DNA of 64,000 bases from NCBI GenBank assembly GCA_963775685.1, contig CAVZJV010000014.1:1280001-1344000 (forward strand), read 5' to 3'. Every line of letters starts with the position of its first letter. Position 1 is the stretch's first letter. This DNA comes from Candidatus Bathyarchaeota archaeon. GTDB taxonomy: Archaea; Thermoproteota; Bathyarchaeia; Bathyarchaeales; Bathycorpusculaceae. Shown piece after piece: positions 41,419 through 51,451 of this stretch. The notes beneath the pieces were generated by a model, which had not been told where the DNA came from, ran no database searches, and saw only the letters and a list, made by a program, of their open reading frames with translations. Both the position numbers and the translations under genes were made by a program.

Positions 41419-41859
41419 CTATACGATTATGCTGGAGGCACTTGCAATTCTTGGCCATCTCTCAGCTGCCTCTCTTGCTACTGGACCGCGAATTTCTGAA
41501 CCCTTCATTTCGCCATCGGGAGTGATGATTACTGCAGCATTATCTTCAAATTGAACCCAAACCCCATCGACGCGTCGGAAGCATTTCCTTTGTCGGACGA
41601 TTACGGCTTGGAATATCTTTTTGCGCATGTCAGGTGAGCCTTGGCGGACTGAAACTGTGACTTTGTCGCCGACGGTTGCGGATGGGTAACGTCTTAGTCG
41701 ACCTTTGTAACCCATGGCTTGAATTAAGCGCAGAACTCGAGCGCCCGTGTTATCGGTACATTTCATTTCGGATCCTGCCAATAGTCCACGACTAATTTTT
41801 TGTCCGTGAGAAAGCATACCTTTTGCTACTAGAGCTCTCTGTTTCGCTTTCGCAGCCAT
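41419..41859 (-). CDS. rpl14: 50S ribosomal protein uL14
   Basis: Motifs DNTGA, FEDNAAV and GPVAREAAERWP. Confidence 0.98.
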   Translation of the reverse strand: MAAKAKQRALVAKGMLSHGQKISRGLLAGSEMKCTDNTGARVLRLIQAMGYKGRLRRYPSATVGDKVTVSVRQGSPDMRKKIFQAVIVRQRKCFRRVDGVWVQFEDNAAVIITPDGEMKGSEIRGPVAREAAERWPRIASASSIIV

Positions 41860-41860
41860 T

Positions 41861-42181
41861 TTACTTTTCCTCGCCTAACTTTTCTACAACAACAAATGAT
41901 ACTGTTTTGCTGACTGGTCTGCACTCTGCGATTTTTACACGGTCGCCTTCTTTAACGTCGATGCATGGCGGGTTGTGTGATGGTATGTGCCCGTGGCGTC
42001 TTTCGTAACGCACGAATTTTGTTGAGAACTGTAGGAATTCTCTGTCAACGATAACGGTTTTATCCATTTTTGCTGTGTGAACTGTTCCTTCCAGTACACG
42101 TCCGCGTACGGATAGTGTTCCGTGGAATGGACAATTTCGGTCGTCACAGGTCTTTTTTGGTTGCTTGAAAGTCATCGACAT
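41861..42181 (-). CDS. rps17: 30S ribosomal protein uS17
   Basis: Motifs CDDRNCPFHG and ECRPVSKT. Confidence 0.97.
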   Translation of the reverse strand: MSMTFKQPKKTCDDRNCPFHGTLSVRGRVLEGTVHTAKMDKTVIVDREFLQFSTKFVRYERRHGHIPSHNPPCIDVKEGDRVKIAECRPVSKTVSFVVVEKLGEEK

Positions 42182-42182
42182 T

Positions 42183-42464
42183 TTACCATAACCTCTTTAC
42201 GCTTTTCTTTAACCTGTCTTCAGATCTGCCAACTAAAAGTGAACCATCAACCTCAACTGTTGTTCCGTCTCCGAAACTAAAGTCGAAAGTTGCTAAGTCT
42301 TTTATTACACTTTTAGGCTGACCCCGATGAATTAAAGTTAATGTGTTTTTTGTTTCCGCAATAACTGGACCAGCTAATCCCATGTAGCCTGCATGGACAC
42401 TTTGGGCGATTCTTGCTTGAGTGCCAATTAACTCGTATCGAATAACATCTTGAGTTACTTTCAT
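42183..42464 (-). CDS. rnp1: RNase P protein component 1 (Rpp29/Pop4)
   Basis: Motifs ELIG, ETKNTL and VDG..LVGRSEDRLK; conserved position between uL29 and uS17. Confidence 0.9.
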   Translation of the reverse strand: MKVTQDVIRYELIGTQARIAQSVHAGYMGLAGPVIAETKNTLTLIHRGQPKSVIKDLATFDFSFGDGTTVEVDGSLLVGRSEDRLKKSVKRLW

Positions 42465-42760
42465 TTAGATGTTACCTCCTTAGCAGTTTTCTTTCCTTTG
42501 GATGTATTTGCTGGTTTTTCAGCTTTCTTTTCTTGTTTTTCCTCTTTCACTTCAAGTGTTTGCCTAATTCCCAGTTTCTTCTCATTTTCGACGGTTAATA
42601 TTTGAGCAATAGTTCTACGCAGTTCTCTTATTCGAGTAGGATTCTCAACGGCGCCTCCGGCGTTTACCATAGTTCGGAAACGGGCTAATTCAATTCGTAA
42701 ATCTGCAAGTTTGTTTGCTCTATCCTCGGCGGAAAGGGCATTGATTTCTTTTATGCGCAT
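42461..42760 (-). CDS. rpl29: 50S ribosomal protein uL29 with charged tail
   Basis: Motif ENPTRIRELRRTIAQILT. Confidence 0.95.
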   Translation of the reverse strand: MRIKEINALSAEDRANKLADLRIELARFRTMVNAGGAVENPTRIRELRRTIAQILTVENEKKLGIRQTLEVKEEKQEKKAEKPANTSKGKKTAKEVTSK

Positions 42761-43524
42761 TACTCTTTTGCCTCCTCAGGTTTTGCTTCTGCCGCTATCT
42801 TTGGTTCGTCAGTAACTTCTTTGGCTTGCACAACTGGTTCTGGCGCTGGTTCAGGTTTTGCCTCGACTGGTGCTGCCGCGGGAGTGGGTGCTGGGGGTTG
42901 TGCAACAACACTAGTTTCTTCTACTGGGGCTGGTTTGATTATTGTTACTTTGTCTGGGAAATATGCGTCTGGAGGCATGATTTTTACTCTTACTCCAATT
43001 ATGCCTGGTTTCAGTTGTATATGGGCTTCAGCTGTTTTCATGGCTCGAAGTGCTGGTTCTCCGACTATCGGGAAGTGACCTGCTTTGAATTTTTCAAAGC
43101 GTGCTCGTTCAGTTGTTAGTTTGCCGCTGATTACGATTTCAGCGCCAAGTGCGCCCGCTTCCATAACTTGGTTCAATGCCCAAAAGCCTGCGCGTCTAAA
43201 GTGGACTCCTCTCTCAAGAGCTGAGGCTACCCGGTTTGCAATTACGTGGGCGTTGAATTCTGGAACTTCGATTTCTGAAACGGATATTTGTGGGTTGGAA
43301 ACTTTGAAGTTTTGTTCAAGGGCTGAGGCCAGTTCTTTGATGGTTTCTCCACCTCGACCGATAACTAAGCCCGGACGCATAGCATATATAACGACGTGTG
43401 TGCCTAATGGTGTTTTGGATAGATTTACTCCACCATAGCCTGCGCGTTCAAGCTTTTTCTGTAAAAACTCATCAATTTCTGTTCTTTTAATCGATTCAGT
43501 AATGAAACGTTTAACTATGCTCAT
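42760..43524 (-). CDS. rps3: 30S ribosomal protein uS3 with P/A/E-rich tail
   Basis: Motifs RPGLVIGRGG, GAEIVISGKL and GIIGVRVKIMPP. Confidence 0.97.
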   Translation of the reverse strand: MSIVKRFITESIKRTEIDEFLQKKLERAGYGGVNLSKTPLGTHVVIYAMRPGLVIGRGGETIKELASALEQNFKVSNPQISVSEIEVPEFNAHVIANRVASALERGVHFRRAGFWALNQVMEAGALGAEIVISGKLTTERARFEKFKAGHFPIVGEPALRAMKTAEAHIQLKPGIIGVRVKIMPPDAYFPDKVTIIKPAPVEETSVVAQPPAPTPAAAPVEAKPEPAPEPVVQAKEVTDEPKIAAEAKPEEAKE

Positions 43525-44010
43525 TTATTGCTCTCCTTGGGTCGGTTTCTCTTCTAGGACAATTTCGACGTGTGTTGTTTTATCGAATTTTGGTGAAGCT
43601 CTCCCGTGTGCTCTTGGCGTGAAACGCTTAAGTTTGATGCCTTGATAAGCTGCTGCATGCAATATGCGAAGTCGATCAACATCTAAGCCTTTGTTTTCTG
43701 CATTGGCTTGAGCTGCTTGAATAACATGAAGGATTGTTTCCGCGGTTTTTATCGGGAACCTACCGACACATCTACCCGCCATTCCACCTTTATGTCCCAG
43801 CTTTTTTATGTATCGCGTGTAGGGAACGGGTTTTTTCTTTATCATCACGTCGCGTAAAAACTCTTTAGATTGAATAAGACTCATACCCTTAACAGCTTTA
43901 CAGACTTCTCGTGCGGCTTTATGGGATACCTTAAGTTCTCTACCGCTGGCTTTCGCTGTTTTTTCTGGATTAAGCATTTCTTCAATTATTGAGTATCCCC
44001 ATTTTGGCAT
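43525..44010 (-). CDS. rpl22: 50S ribosomal protein uL22
   Basis: Motifs GRFPIK, ANAENKGLD, PRAHGRASP and HVEIVL. Confidence 0.97.
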   Translation of the reverse strand: MPKWGYSIIEEMLNPEKTAKASGRELKVSHKAAREVCKAVKGMSLIQSKEFLRDVMIKKKPVPYTRYIKKLGHKGGMAGRCVGRFPIKTAETILHVIQAAQANAENKGLDVDRLRILHAAAYQGIKLKRFTPRAHGRASPKFDKTTHVEIVLEEKPTQGEQ

Positions 44011-44439
44011 AGATATTTTCTCCAGTGCGCATTCAAACACGTAAAAGCAATTTATATGGCTTTCCGTATCACAACTAAGATTTTACTCTTAACAGACTAA
44101 GTAGGTGTTCCTGCGAGGAACTATTCGAACGCGTGAGGTGTACAATCTGTGGATTGTGTTTGACCTTTTATAGTTTACCTAAAAAACTCATTGAAAAGTA
44201 AATTATGTCTTTTGCGCTTTTGTTATTTCCTCTATTTTTCTTCTGTTTTCTAAAAAGGGTTAAAACAGTGGGTGTAGTTTTTTCTGACCTGAGATATCAT
44301 AAGTCTACGTGATAGAGCATTTAAAACGATTGAAGAGATATGTATTACAGTGCATTCCATTCAGAAGAATTTGGGAAAATTTAGAATTGAATGTATCTTT
44401 AGAAGATAGAAAAAAGTTACAAAAAGAAAAAGGATAAAA

Positions 44440-45483
44440 TTATCTGCTAAATGCGCTAAACTTTATAGGCCCCAGATGCTTTTCGTTTTTCCGTAAGAAA
44501 GCACTTTCAACACCGGTTACGACAGCCATCACTGAAACTGCACCTTGTAGCTCCTGATCAACTCTTGCACCCCAGATGATCTTTGCATTAGGTGGTAGTG
44601 AACGTTTCATGATTTCTGCTGCTCGGTTGACTTCGCTAAGTGTTAGATCTTCTCCGCCAGAGACATGTATCAGCAAGCCCTTTGCCTTTGTGACGTCTTC
44701 TATGTCGAGTAGACGACCGTTTAGTGCTTTTTCTACTGCTTGTTCTACTCTAGTTTCGCCTGTGCCTTCGCCGATGCCTATTGAAGCTAAACCTGAATCT
44801 GACATTATTGCTTTTAAGTCAGCATAGTCCATGTTGATTAGGCTTGCTGTGGTTATTGTTTCGGTTACGCCTTTTATGAATTTGCCGACAGTAGTGTTAG
44901 CTACACCTAAAGCTTCTCGGAAGGGCAAGTTTCCTGCGACTTTAACGAGTCGGTTGTTATCGATCACTACTACTGTATCGCATACTGCTTTTAGTCGATT
45001 CAGTCCCTTTTTCGCTGATGCCATTCTTGCGGTTTCAACTTCGAATGGAAGAGTGACTACACCAACGATCAAAGGTGCCGTTGCAGAACCTGCTGCTCTT
45101 TTGCGTAAAGTGTCAGCTAATCCGACAATTGCCCCAGTTCCAGTTCCTCCGCCTAAGCCAGCTACCATGAATATGATGTTAGCTCTGGATAATTCATGGA
45201 TAACTTCGTTAGCGGTTTCGTATAGGGCTTTTTCGCCTACTTCTGCGTAGCCTCCGCTACCGAGTCCTCTGGTTAGTTTTTCACCTATCAAGATTCTTTT
45301 GTCTGCTTTGGTAATCATTAGGTGTGTTGCGTCGGTGTTTACTGCTACTAGTTTGCCACCCGTGATTCCTTTTTCTTTGACCCAGGTAATAACGTTGCAT
45401 CCTGCGCCTCCGAGTCCGACAGCGATTACTGATGGCGCGGCCATTTTTGCGTATTTTAGTATTTTTTCTTCTTGACTCTCCAC
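44440..45483 (-). CDS. ftsZ: Cell division GTPase FtsZ
   Basis: Motifs GLGGAGCN, AVNTD, GLGGGTGTG, LPFEVE and INMDYAD (T7 loop). Confidence 0.93.
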   Translation of the reverse strand: MESQEEKILKYAKMAAPSVIAVGLGGAGCNVITWVKEKGITGGKLVAVNTDATHLMITKADKRILIGEKLTRGLGSGGYAEVGEKALYETANEVIHELSRANIIFMVAGLGGGTGTGAIVGLADTLRKRAAGSATAPLIVGVVTLPFEVETARMASAKKGLNRLKAVCDTVVVIDNNRLVKVAGNLPFREALGVANTTVGKFIKGVTETITTASLINMDYADLKAIMSDSGLASIGIGEGTGETRVEQAVEKALNGRLLDIEDVTKAKGLLIHVSGGEDLTLSEVNRAAEIMKRSLPPNAKIIWGARVDQELQGAVSVMAVVTGVESAFLRKNEKHLGPIKFSAFSR

Positions 45484-45697
45484 ATAAGGAGTTTCGGTAT
45501 ACTCAAATGGTTGTTCTTTTTCGGTTTGTATTTTAATTCCCCCAAACTTAATATCTTAAGATACAATATACCATATATTTAAGCCTGTTGCATTCTGATT
45601 TAAACCGCTTTATTGTAAAACAATAATACAGTCAGAATTAGTGTTTAGGAATATACCTTATATACATCCGTATCAAAATAAAAACAGGGAGAAAGAA

Positions 45698-46114
45698 ATG
45701 AAGAAACTAACCCTAATGAAGAAGTTTATGACAAATTTTGTCGGTAAGGGAATTCACTTAGTCATCAAAGAGAAAGACGGAGCATTTCTGGTTCATACTA
45801 TAGAGATTATGCAAAAAACTGACGAGACATGTCCAGTAAAAGACATCCCGATAGGCGAGTATTTTTTGCATTTAGAAGCTACAAACCCTGAGGGAAACGA
45901 AGCATCCATAGTCTGCAACTGGGCAGATGATCTTTTAAAAAACCTGATGACACACTATAAAGACGCAAAAGACGCAGAAATTTCCAAAATAACGATGTTG
46001 AGAGACCCAATATCTAACGATTCCAACAAGTGGCTTCTAACATGGGGCGATGAATTAGAAGAGTGCAATATTGTAGAAAACGAAAAGAAAGATCCGATAG
46101 GTTACATCTTCTAA
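45698..46114 (+). CDS. Hypothetical protein divergent from ftsZ
   Basis: 138-aa ORF with a GGGAG RBS and a downstream T-tract. Confidence 0.65.
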   Translation: MKKLTLMKKFMTNFVGKGIHLVIKEKDGAFLVHTIEIMQKTDETCPVKDIPIGEYFLHLEATNPEGNEASIVCNWADDLLKNLMTHYKDAKDAEISKITMLRDPISNDSNKWLLTWGDELEECNIVENEKKDPIGYIF

Positions 46115-46423
46115 ACGTAACTTTATTTTTTCTTTTTAGATTTCAGAGTAAAAATTATCAATTCTTTAACCATTGAATTCTATTGTCCTTAACCGACTAA
46201 CATAAATCAGGGATCGCGTTTTTCTGTGAAGTGCCTATGTTTCACATTTAGGGTACTCTATTTTAGTAAAAAGTCTTTGGAGAGTTCAAATCCATGGAAA
46301 AACTGGGAAAAAACTCTCCTGCGCGATATAGGTAATCGTCGCTTAGTTAGAATGATGAGGGCTTTGTACCCGAAAAATTAATGGTTACCTTTTTCAGGTT
46401 TCCTTCAGGTCACATTTTTTTTC

Positions 46424-46612
46424 TTATTGTGGATGGTCTTGGTTGAACTTCTTTATCAATTCATAAAGTTTCTTTGCCGACGCGGCGAACAGCTTATTTT
46501 CTCCCTTAACGCCAACAAAGGTCCCATCTGATTCCACAGTAATCCTAAAACCGCCCGTATAATCGGTACTATCACAAGATGCTTTCCTACGCATATTTAA
46601 TCTCAACCACAT
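46424..46612 (-). CDS. Small hypothetical protein
   Basis: 62-aa ORF; no family recognised. Confidence 0.35.
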   Translation of the reverse strand: MWLRLNMRRKASCDSTDYTGGFRITVESDGTFVGVKGENKLFAASAKKLYELIKKFNQDHPQ

Positions 46613-46732
46613 TACCTTACAAACAGGATTTGTTTGATTTAAGCCATTCTTTTCTTTTCGCCAAGTGCGATTCGTTTATGTTTCACTTCCAACCTTCCTA
46701 TTGCATCGGTTAACACTGGAAGAACCATCGAA

Positions 46733-47797
46733 ATGTCAAGCAAAAAAGAGAAAATCACAATGCTGCATGGTGCTGGCGGCACAGTCATGCATGATTTAGT
46801 TAAAAATTACATCGTGAAGTATTTTGGCGGAATCGGCAATGCTGAGGTTCCATTAGAAGCGATGGATGATGCAGCGGTAGTAGGCGATATTGTTTTTAAA
46901 AGCGATTCCCACGCGGTTAAACCTATTTTTTTCCCAGGTGGAGACATTGGACGAATTGCCATTTCGGGAACTGTTAATGACATTTCATGTTTGGGTGCAG
47001 AGCCTTATGCGTTGGCTTGTGGGCTTATTCTTGAAGAAGGATTGGCAATTTCAGATTTGGAGAAAATCCTTGTTAGCATGAGGCAAACTTGCATTGAAGC
47101 TGGTGTAGGCATAGTTACAGGGGACACAAAAGTTGTTGAGAAGGGCAGTTTGGGCGGCTGCGTTATGAATCTTTCGGGCATCGGTAGAAGAACACAAGCT
47201 CTCGAGAGCAACCTGAAGGTTGTGAGGCAACATCGCGAACTGAAAGCACGGTGGGCACTTGACTCCAACCTTTCCAATGGGGATAAAATCATCCTATCAG
47301 GAACCATTGGTGACCATGGCTTGGCTGTGCTTTCGGCGCAACAGGGTTTAACGTTTGGCAGCCAAATACTCTCTGACGTGAAACCTCTTAACCGAATGAT
47401 TCAAAGTTTGCTGGGCAAGGTCGGTGGCGTGGTTGCCATGAAAGATCCCACCCGAGGTGGCTTGGCAGATGCATTAAATGAGTGGACCGAAAAATCTAAA
47501 GTCGGCATACTTATCCACGAAAACAAAGTGCCCATCCGACGGGACGTGCAAACTGCTTGTGAAATGCTAGGCATAGATCCTTTAGAAGTAGGCAACGAAG
47601 GCAAGATTATTGTGGGCGTTGTACCGCAAAAGGCAGAAGAAGCTCTTGCATTCTTAAAGCAAACTCCAGAAGGGAAAGATGCCCAAATAATCGGCGAAGC
47701 AACAAGAGAATTTAAGGGTTTAGCGATGCACACATTAGTTGGTGGCAAAAGGATAATCGCTCGTCCAGTCGGCGACCCCGTGCCCAGAATCTGTTAA
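46733..47797 (+). CDS. hypE: Hydrogenase maturation carbamoyl dehydratase HypE
   Basis: Motifs HGAGG, FFPGGDIG, GDTKVV, DPTRGG and the C-terminal PRIC. Confidence 0.96.
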   Translation: MSSKKEKITMLHGAGGTVMHDLVKNYIVKYFGGIGNAEVPLEAMDDAAVVGDIVFKSDSHAVKPIFFPGGDIGRIAISGTVNDISCLGAEPYALACGLILEEGLAISDLEKILVSMRQTCIEAGVGIVTGDTKVVEKGSLGGCVMNLSGIGRRTQALESNLKVVRQHRELKARWALDSNLSNGDKIILSGTIGDHGLAVLSAQQGLTFGSQILSDVKPLNRMIQSLLGKVGGVVAMKDPTRGGLADALNEWTEKSKVGILIHENKVPIRRDVQTACEMLGIDPLEVGNEGKIIVGVVPQKAEEALAFLKQTPEGKDAQIIGEATREFKGLAMHTLVGGKRIIARPVGDPVPRIC

Positions 47798-48882
47798 GCC
47801 TGAGCAGCTACATTTTTTGCCCAGACGCGGCAGGTGCCTTCGCTGCTGACCATGCAGGCTCCCACGGGTTTGGCTGGCGTGCAGGCTTTCATGAACAGGG
47901 GGCATTCTTTGGGTTTGATTTTTCCAATGATGACGAGGTGGCATTCGCATCCGAAGTTGATGTCTTTGCCTTCTTTAACATGAACATTGAATTTTTCTCG
48001 AGCATCAAACTGCTTGAGTGACTCGCGTAGTTGCAGGGCTGAATCGGGAAGTCTGCCGATGCCGCGCCAATTGCCCGCAGCAACCGAAAAAGCTTCCTGC
48101 ATTAGTTGCTGGGCTTTAACGTTGCCTTCAGGCTTAACCACACGTGAATATTCATTTTCCAATTGAGCATCGTTTTCGCTGACTTGTTTTAGAAGCATAT
48201 AAAGTGACATTAGCACGTCGTTAGGCTCAAAACCCGCAATGACTGTGGGCATTCGATAAACCCGGGTAAACAGCTCGTAGGGTTTTAGGCCAATGATTGC
48301 GCTTACGTGTCCGGGTGCGATGAATCCGTCAATCTGTAAGTCGCCAACTCCTAGCAGGAGTTCCATGGCGGGTGGGATTAAGCGGTGGGATACAAGGAAG
48401 CTGAAGTTTTTGGGTAAGTCTCCGAGTGCTTCGACGGCGGTGATGGGTGCTGTTGTTTCGAAGCCGACAGCGTGGAACACGAATTCTTTTTGGGGCTCGT
48501 GTTTAGCCATTTCAACCGCATCGGAAACTGCATACACGATTCGGACGTCAGCGCCTGCTGCTTTGGCTTCGAGTAGCGAAGATTTGCTTCCTGGTACCCG
48601 CAATAAGTCGCCAAAACATGTAATCGCTATGCCTTTCTGTGATAGTTGCACTGCTTCGTCGATTTCTGCCGCAGGAACTATGCATACTGGGCAGCCTGGT
48701 CCAGCGATAACTTCAACGTTTAATGGCAGCAGACTACGCAGACCAAAGTGGGTTATGGTCCACTCGTGGGTTCCGCAGACATGGCAAAACTTGACTTGTC
48801 CTTTTTTTGGCGCCACAGTTTTGATTTTCTCGGCTATGCTTTTTGCCAACTCTGGGTTTCGGAACCTTAAGTTCTGCGCCAT
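47794..48882 (-). CDS. hypD: Hydrogenase maturation protein HypD
   Basis: Motifs CGTHE, GPGCPVC, GFETTAP, PGHVS and GACMVSSEGTC. Confidence 0.97.
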   Translation of the reverse strand: MAQNLRFRNPELAKSIAEKIKTVAPKKGQVKFCHVCGTHEWTITHFGLRSLLPLNVEVIAGPGCPVCIVPAAEIDEAVQLSQKGIAITCFGDLLRVPGSKSSLLEAKAAGADVRIVYAVSDAVEMAKHEPQKEFVFHAVGFETTAPITAVEALGDLPKNFSFLVSHRLIPPAMELLLGVGDLQIDGFIAPGHVSAIIGLKPYELFTRVYRMPTVIAGFEPNDVLMSLYMLLKQVSENDAQLENEYSRVVKPEGNVKAQQLMQEAFSVAAGNWRGIGRLPDSALQLRESLKQFDAREKFNVHVKEGKDINFGCECHLVIIGKIKPKECPLFMKACTPAKPVGACMVSSEGTCRVWAKNVAAQA

Positions 48883-48897
48883 GCTCTCACTAGCTGC

Positions 48898-49119
48898 TTA
48901 TTCTCCAGCGGCTAAGACTTCTTTCCAGAGGCTGAGGGTTTCTAAGGCTTCTTTTTCTTCCAAAACCTGAATTGCGTAGCCAGCATGAACCAGCACGTAC
49001 TCGCCGACTTTAGCCTCCACAAGCGACATGTTAACCTCACGTAGCACGCCTTGACCGAAGTCTACTTGGGCTTTTGTGCCTTCAAGGCTTAGAATCTTTG
49101 CAGGAATTGCTAAACACAT
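48898..49119 (-). CDS. hypC: Hydrogenase assembly chaperone HypC
   Basis: Motifs MCLAIP and VLVHAGYAI. Confidence 0.97.
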   Translation of the reverse strand: MCLAIPAKILSLEGTKAQVDFGQGVLREVNMSLVEAKVGEYVLVHAGYAIQVLEEKEALETLSLWKEVLAAGE

Positions 49120-49168
49120 AACAATCAGTCTAAATAAAACGGGTCAAAGAACGATAAAAACAGATTGG

Positions 49169-51451
49169 TCAAAAATCTGAAAACCCAGCGACAACTGCCT
49201 GACCAAGCGACACTCCTCCGTCACCAGCAGGAACCGCCTCGTGAACAAAAAACCGCAGTCCTGCAGTTTCGACATATTCGCGCATTAACTGGGCGAGGAT
49301 TTGGTTGCAGGCAGCACCTCCGGAGAAACCGACATTCTTGGCGCTTTTTGCGTTTGCGCCTTGAATTGCCTGTGCCACTAAGCCTTTTGCCAGGTAAGCG
49401 TGGGCACTGTAAGCTAAATCTTTAGCAGAAACCCTACCCAAACTGCCATAAATTTCCCTCAGCAAGCAGGAAGTATCCAAAACACCCTGTTTAATCTTAG
49501 GTTTAAGCTGTAAAAGGTCTCTGCCTGAGAGCGCCACTGACTCTAGTTTCATGGCTGGTTCACCTTCGTAGCTGCGTTCGAAACAAACGCCCAAAACAGC
49601 TGCAACCGCATCCAGAACTCGTCCACAACTTGTCGTTTCAACCATGTCCGCATTCCTTTGGAGTTGGCTGAAGATGAGTTTGGCTTCGGTTTCGCCATGA
49701 GGCAAATGGGCACTGTTTTCTGTTAGCCATTTTTCAACGTTTACCCCTGCTTTCTGAAGCATTCCAGCCGCCAACCGCACAGGGTAACGGCTCGCTAAGT
49801 CTCCGCCCAAAAGGGGTTGCGGTTCCAAGTGTCCCAGCCGCGTAAATTCTGCTGAATCCAAGATGCAGTGGAGGACTTCGCCTCCCCATGCCCCACCATC
49901 TGAGCCGAAGCCGTATCCATCGCAGGTAACAGCTACCACCTCATCTAAACCATGTTCAGCCATCAGCGCCGCTGCATGTGCATGATGATGCTGAACCTGA
50001 ACCAGCCTCAATCCTTCCTCCTGAGTCATTTCTTTAGCGAGAAGGGTCGTGTTGAATTTGGGGTGCAAATCGCAAACCACCATTTCAGCGTGGCAGTTAG
50101 TTAGGCGTTGAATGTGGCTTGTGGCTTCTTGCAGAAAATTTCGGGTTTCGATGTTTTCGACGTCACCTATGTGCTGGCTTATGAAGGCTTTGTCCTCAAG
50201 CAACACACAAGATGTATTGTTGAGTTCTCCCCCTAAGCCAACGACGCAACGTTTCGATTTCTGTTTGAGCCTAATTGGAACTGGGGCGTGGCCTCGGCTT
50301 CGTCTAAGAAACACTTGGCGGTTGCCGTGGACGCGCATGACTGAGTCGTCGCATCGGTGGGCAATTTTGCGGTTGTGAAACAGGAAATAATCTACAGTTT
50401 TTCCCAATGTTTCTATGGCTTGGTCGTTGTCTTTTACGATGGGTTGGTTTGCTGGGTTGGCGCTGGTCATCACAAATGCTGTGTCGGCGACTTGGTCGAA
50501 GAGCATGTAATGCAGGCCAGTGTAGGGCAGCATGACGCCAACGTTGTGCAGGTGAGGCGCAACCAATGATGAGAGAGAGTAGGTTTGATTTTTGTTTAGC
50601 AAGACGATGGGGCGTGCTGGGGAAGACAGCAGTTCTTGCTCCTTCGAGCTTACTTCGCCGAATGCTTTTGCTGCGTTGAGGCTTTTTGCCATGATGGCAA
50701 AGGGTTTTTCTCGTCGGTGCTTCGTGGTTCGAAGTCTAAGCAGGGGCTTTTCCAAATTAGTGGATGCTGCAATGTGGAAACCACCGTTGCCCTTCACTGC
50801 TAAAATGTTGCCTTCCGACAACAACTTCCCAGCGTCCCGAACGGGGTCTTTGGTTTGGACTGTTTTGCCATTGTTTGTTGTCAAATATGCCTTGGGACCG
50901 CATATTGGACATGCTACGGTTTGTGCATGAAACCTTCTATTCGATGGGTCTTCATACTCTTTTTGGCAAAACCCGCACAGCGGAAACTCGCGCATGGTGG
51001 TGTTTTCTCGGTCGTAGGGCAGACGCTCGATTATAGTGAAACGTGGACCGCAGTCGGTGCATGTAATAAAGAAGTATTCAAAACGCGGATTTTTGGGGTC
51101 GCGGAGTTCTTTGCTGCATTGGTTGCAGATGGCAATGTCCGGTGGGATGATGGACCCTGATGATTCTGTTTCGTGGGAACTTTTGTAAATCGCAAAATGT
51201 TCGTATTTGTTTTTTCCCGTAAGCTCGGTTGATGTTACAGCGTCTATGTGTGCCAGAGGTGGTTTCTCGGAGGGCAAATCGCCTATAAATTTTTTGATGT
51301 TTTGCGCATCTCCCTCAAGAAGCACCTCAACGCCTGCGTCACCTCTATTGCGAACGTATCCCATCAAGCCGTTTCGCACTGCTATGCGGTAGATGAAAGG
51401 CCGAAACCCCACGCCTTGCACGATGCCTGTGATGCTGAGTTTGACACGCAA
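49169..51451 (-). CDS. hypF: Carbamoyltransferase HypF
   Basis: Motifs GIVQGVGFRPF, two Zn fingers, HHHAH and GDGGVSLGQ. Confidence 0.97.
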   Translation of the reverse strand: MRVKLSITGIVQGVGFRPFIYRIAVRNGLMGYVRNRGDAGVEVLLEGDAQNIKKFIGDLPSEKPPLAHIDAVTSTELTGKNKYEHFAIYKSSHETESSGSIIPPDIAICNQCSKELRDPKNPRFEYFFITCTDCGPRFTIIERLPYDRENTTMREFPLCGFCQKEYEDPSNRRFHAQTVACPICGPKAYLTTNNGKTVQTKDPVRDAGKLLSEGNILAVKGNGGFHIAASTNLEKPLLRLRTTKHRREKPFAIMAKSLNAAKAFGEVSSKEQELLSSPARPIVLLNKNQTYSLSSLVAPHLHNVGVMLPYTGLHYMLFDQVADTAFVMTSANPANQPIVKDNDQAIETLGKTVDYFLFHNRKIAHRCDDSVMRVHGNRQVFLRRSRGHAPVPIRLKQKSKRCVVGLGGELNNTSCVLLEDKAFISQHIGDVENIETRNFLQEATSHIQRLTNCHAEMVVCDLHPKFNTTLLAKEMTQEEGLRLVQVQHHHAHAAALMAEHGLDEVVAVTCDGYGFGSDGGAWGGEVLHCILDSAEFTRLGHLEPQPLLGGDLASRYPVRLAAGMLQKAGVNVEKWLTENSAHLPHGETEAKLIFSQLQRNADMVETTSCGRVLDAVAAVLGVCFERSYEGEPAMKLESVALSGRDLLQLKPKIKQGVLDTSCLLREIYGSLGRVSAKDLAYSAHAYLAKGLVAQAIQGANAKSAKNVGFSGGAACNQILAQLMREYVETAGLRFFVHEAVPAGDGGVSLGQAVVAGFSDF

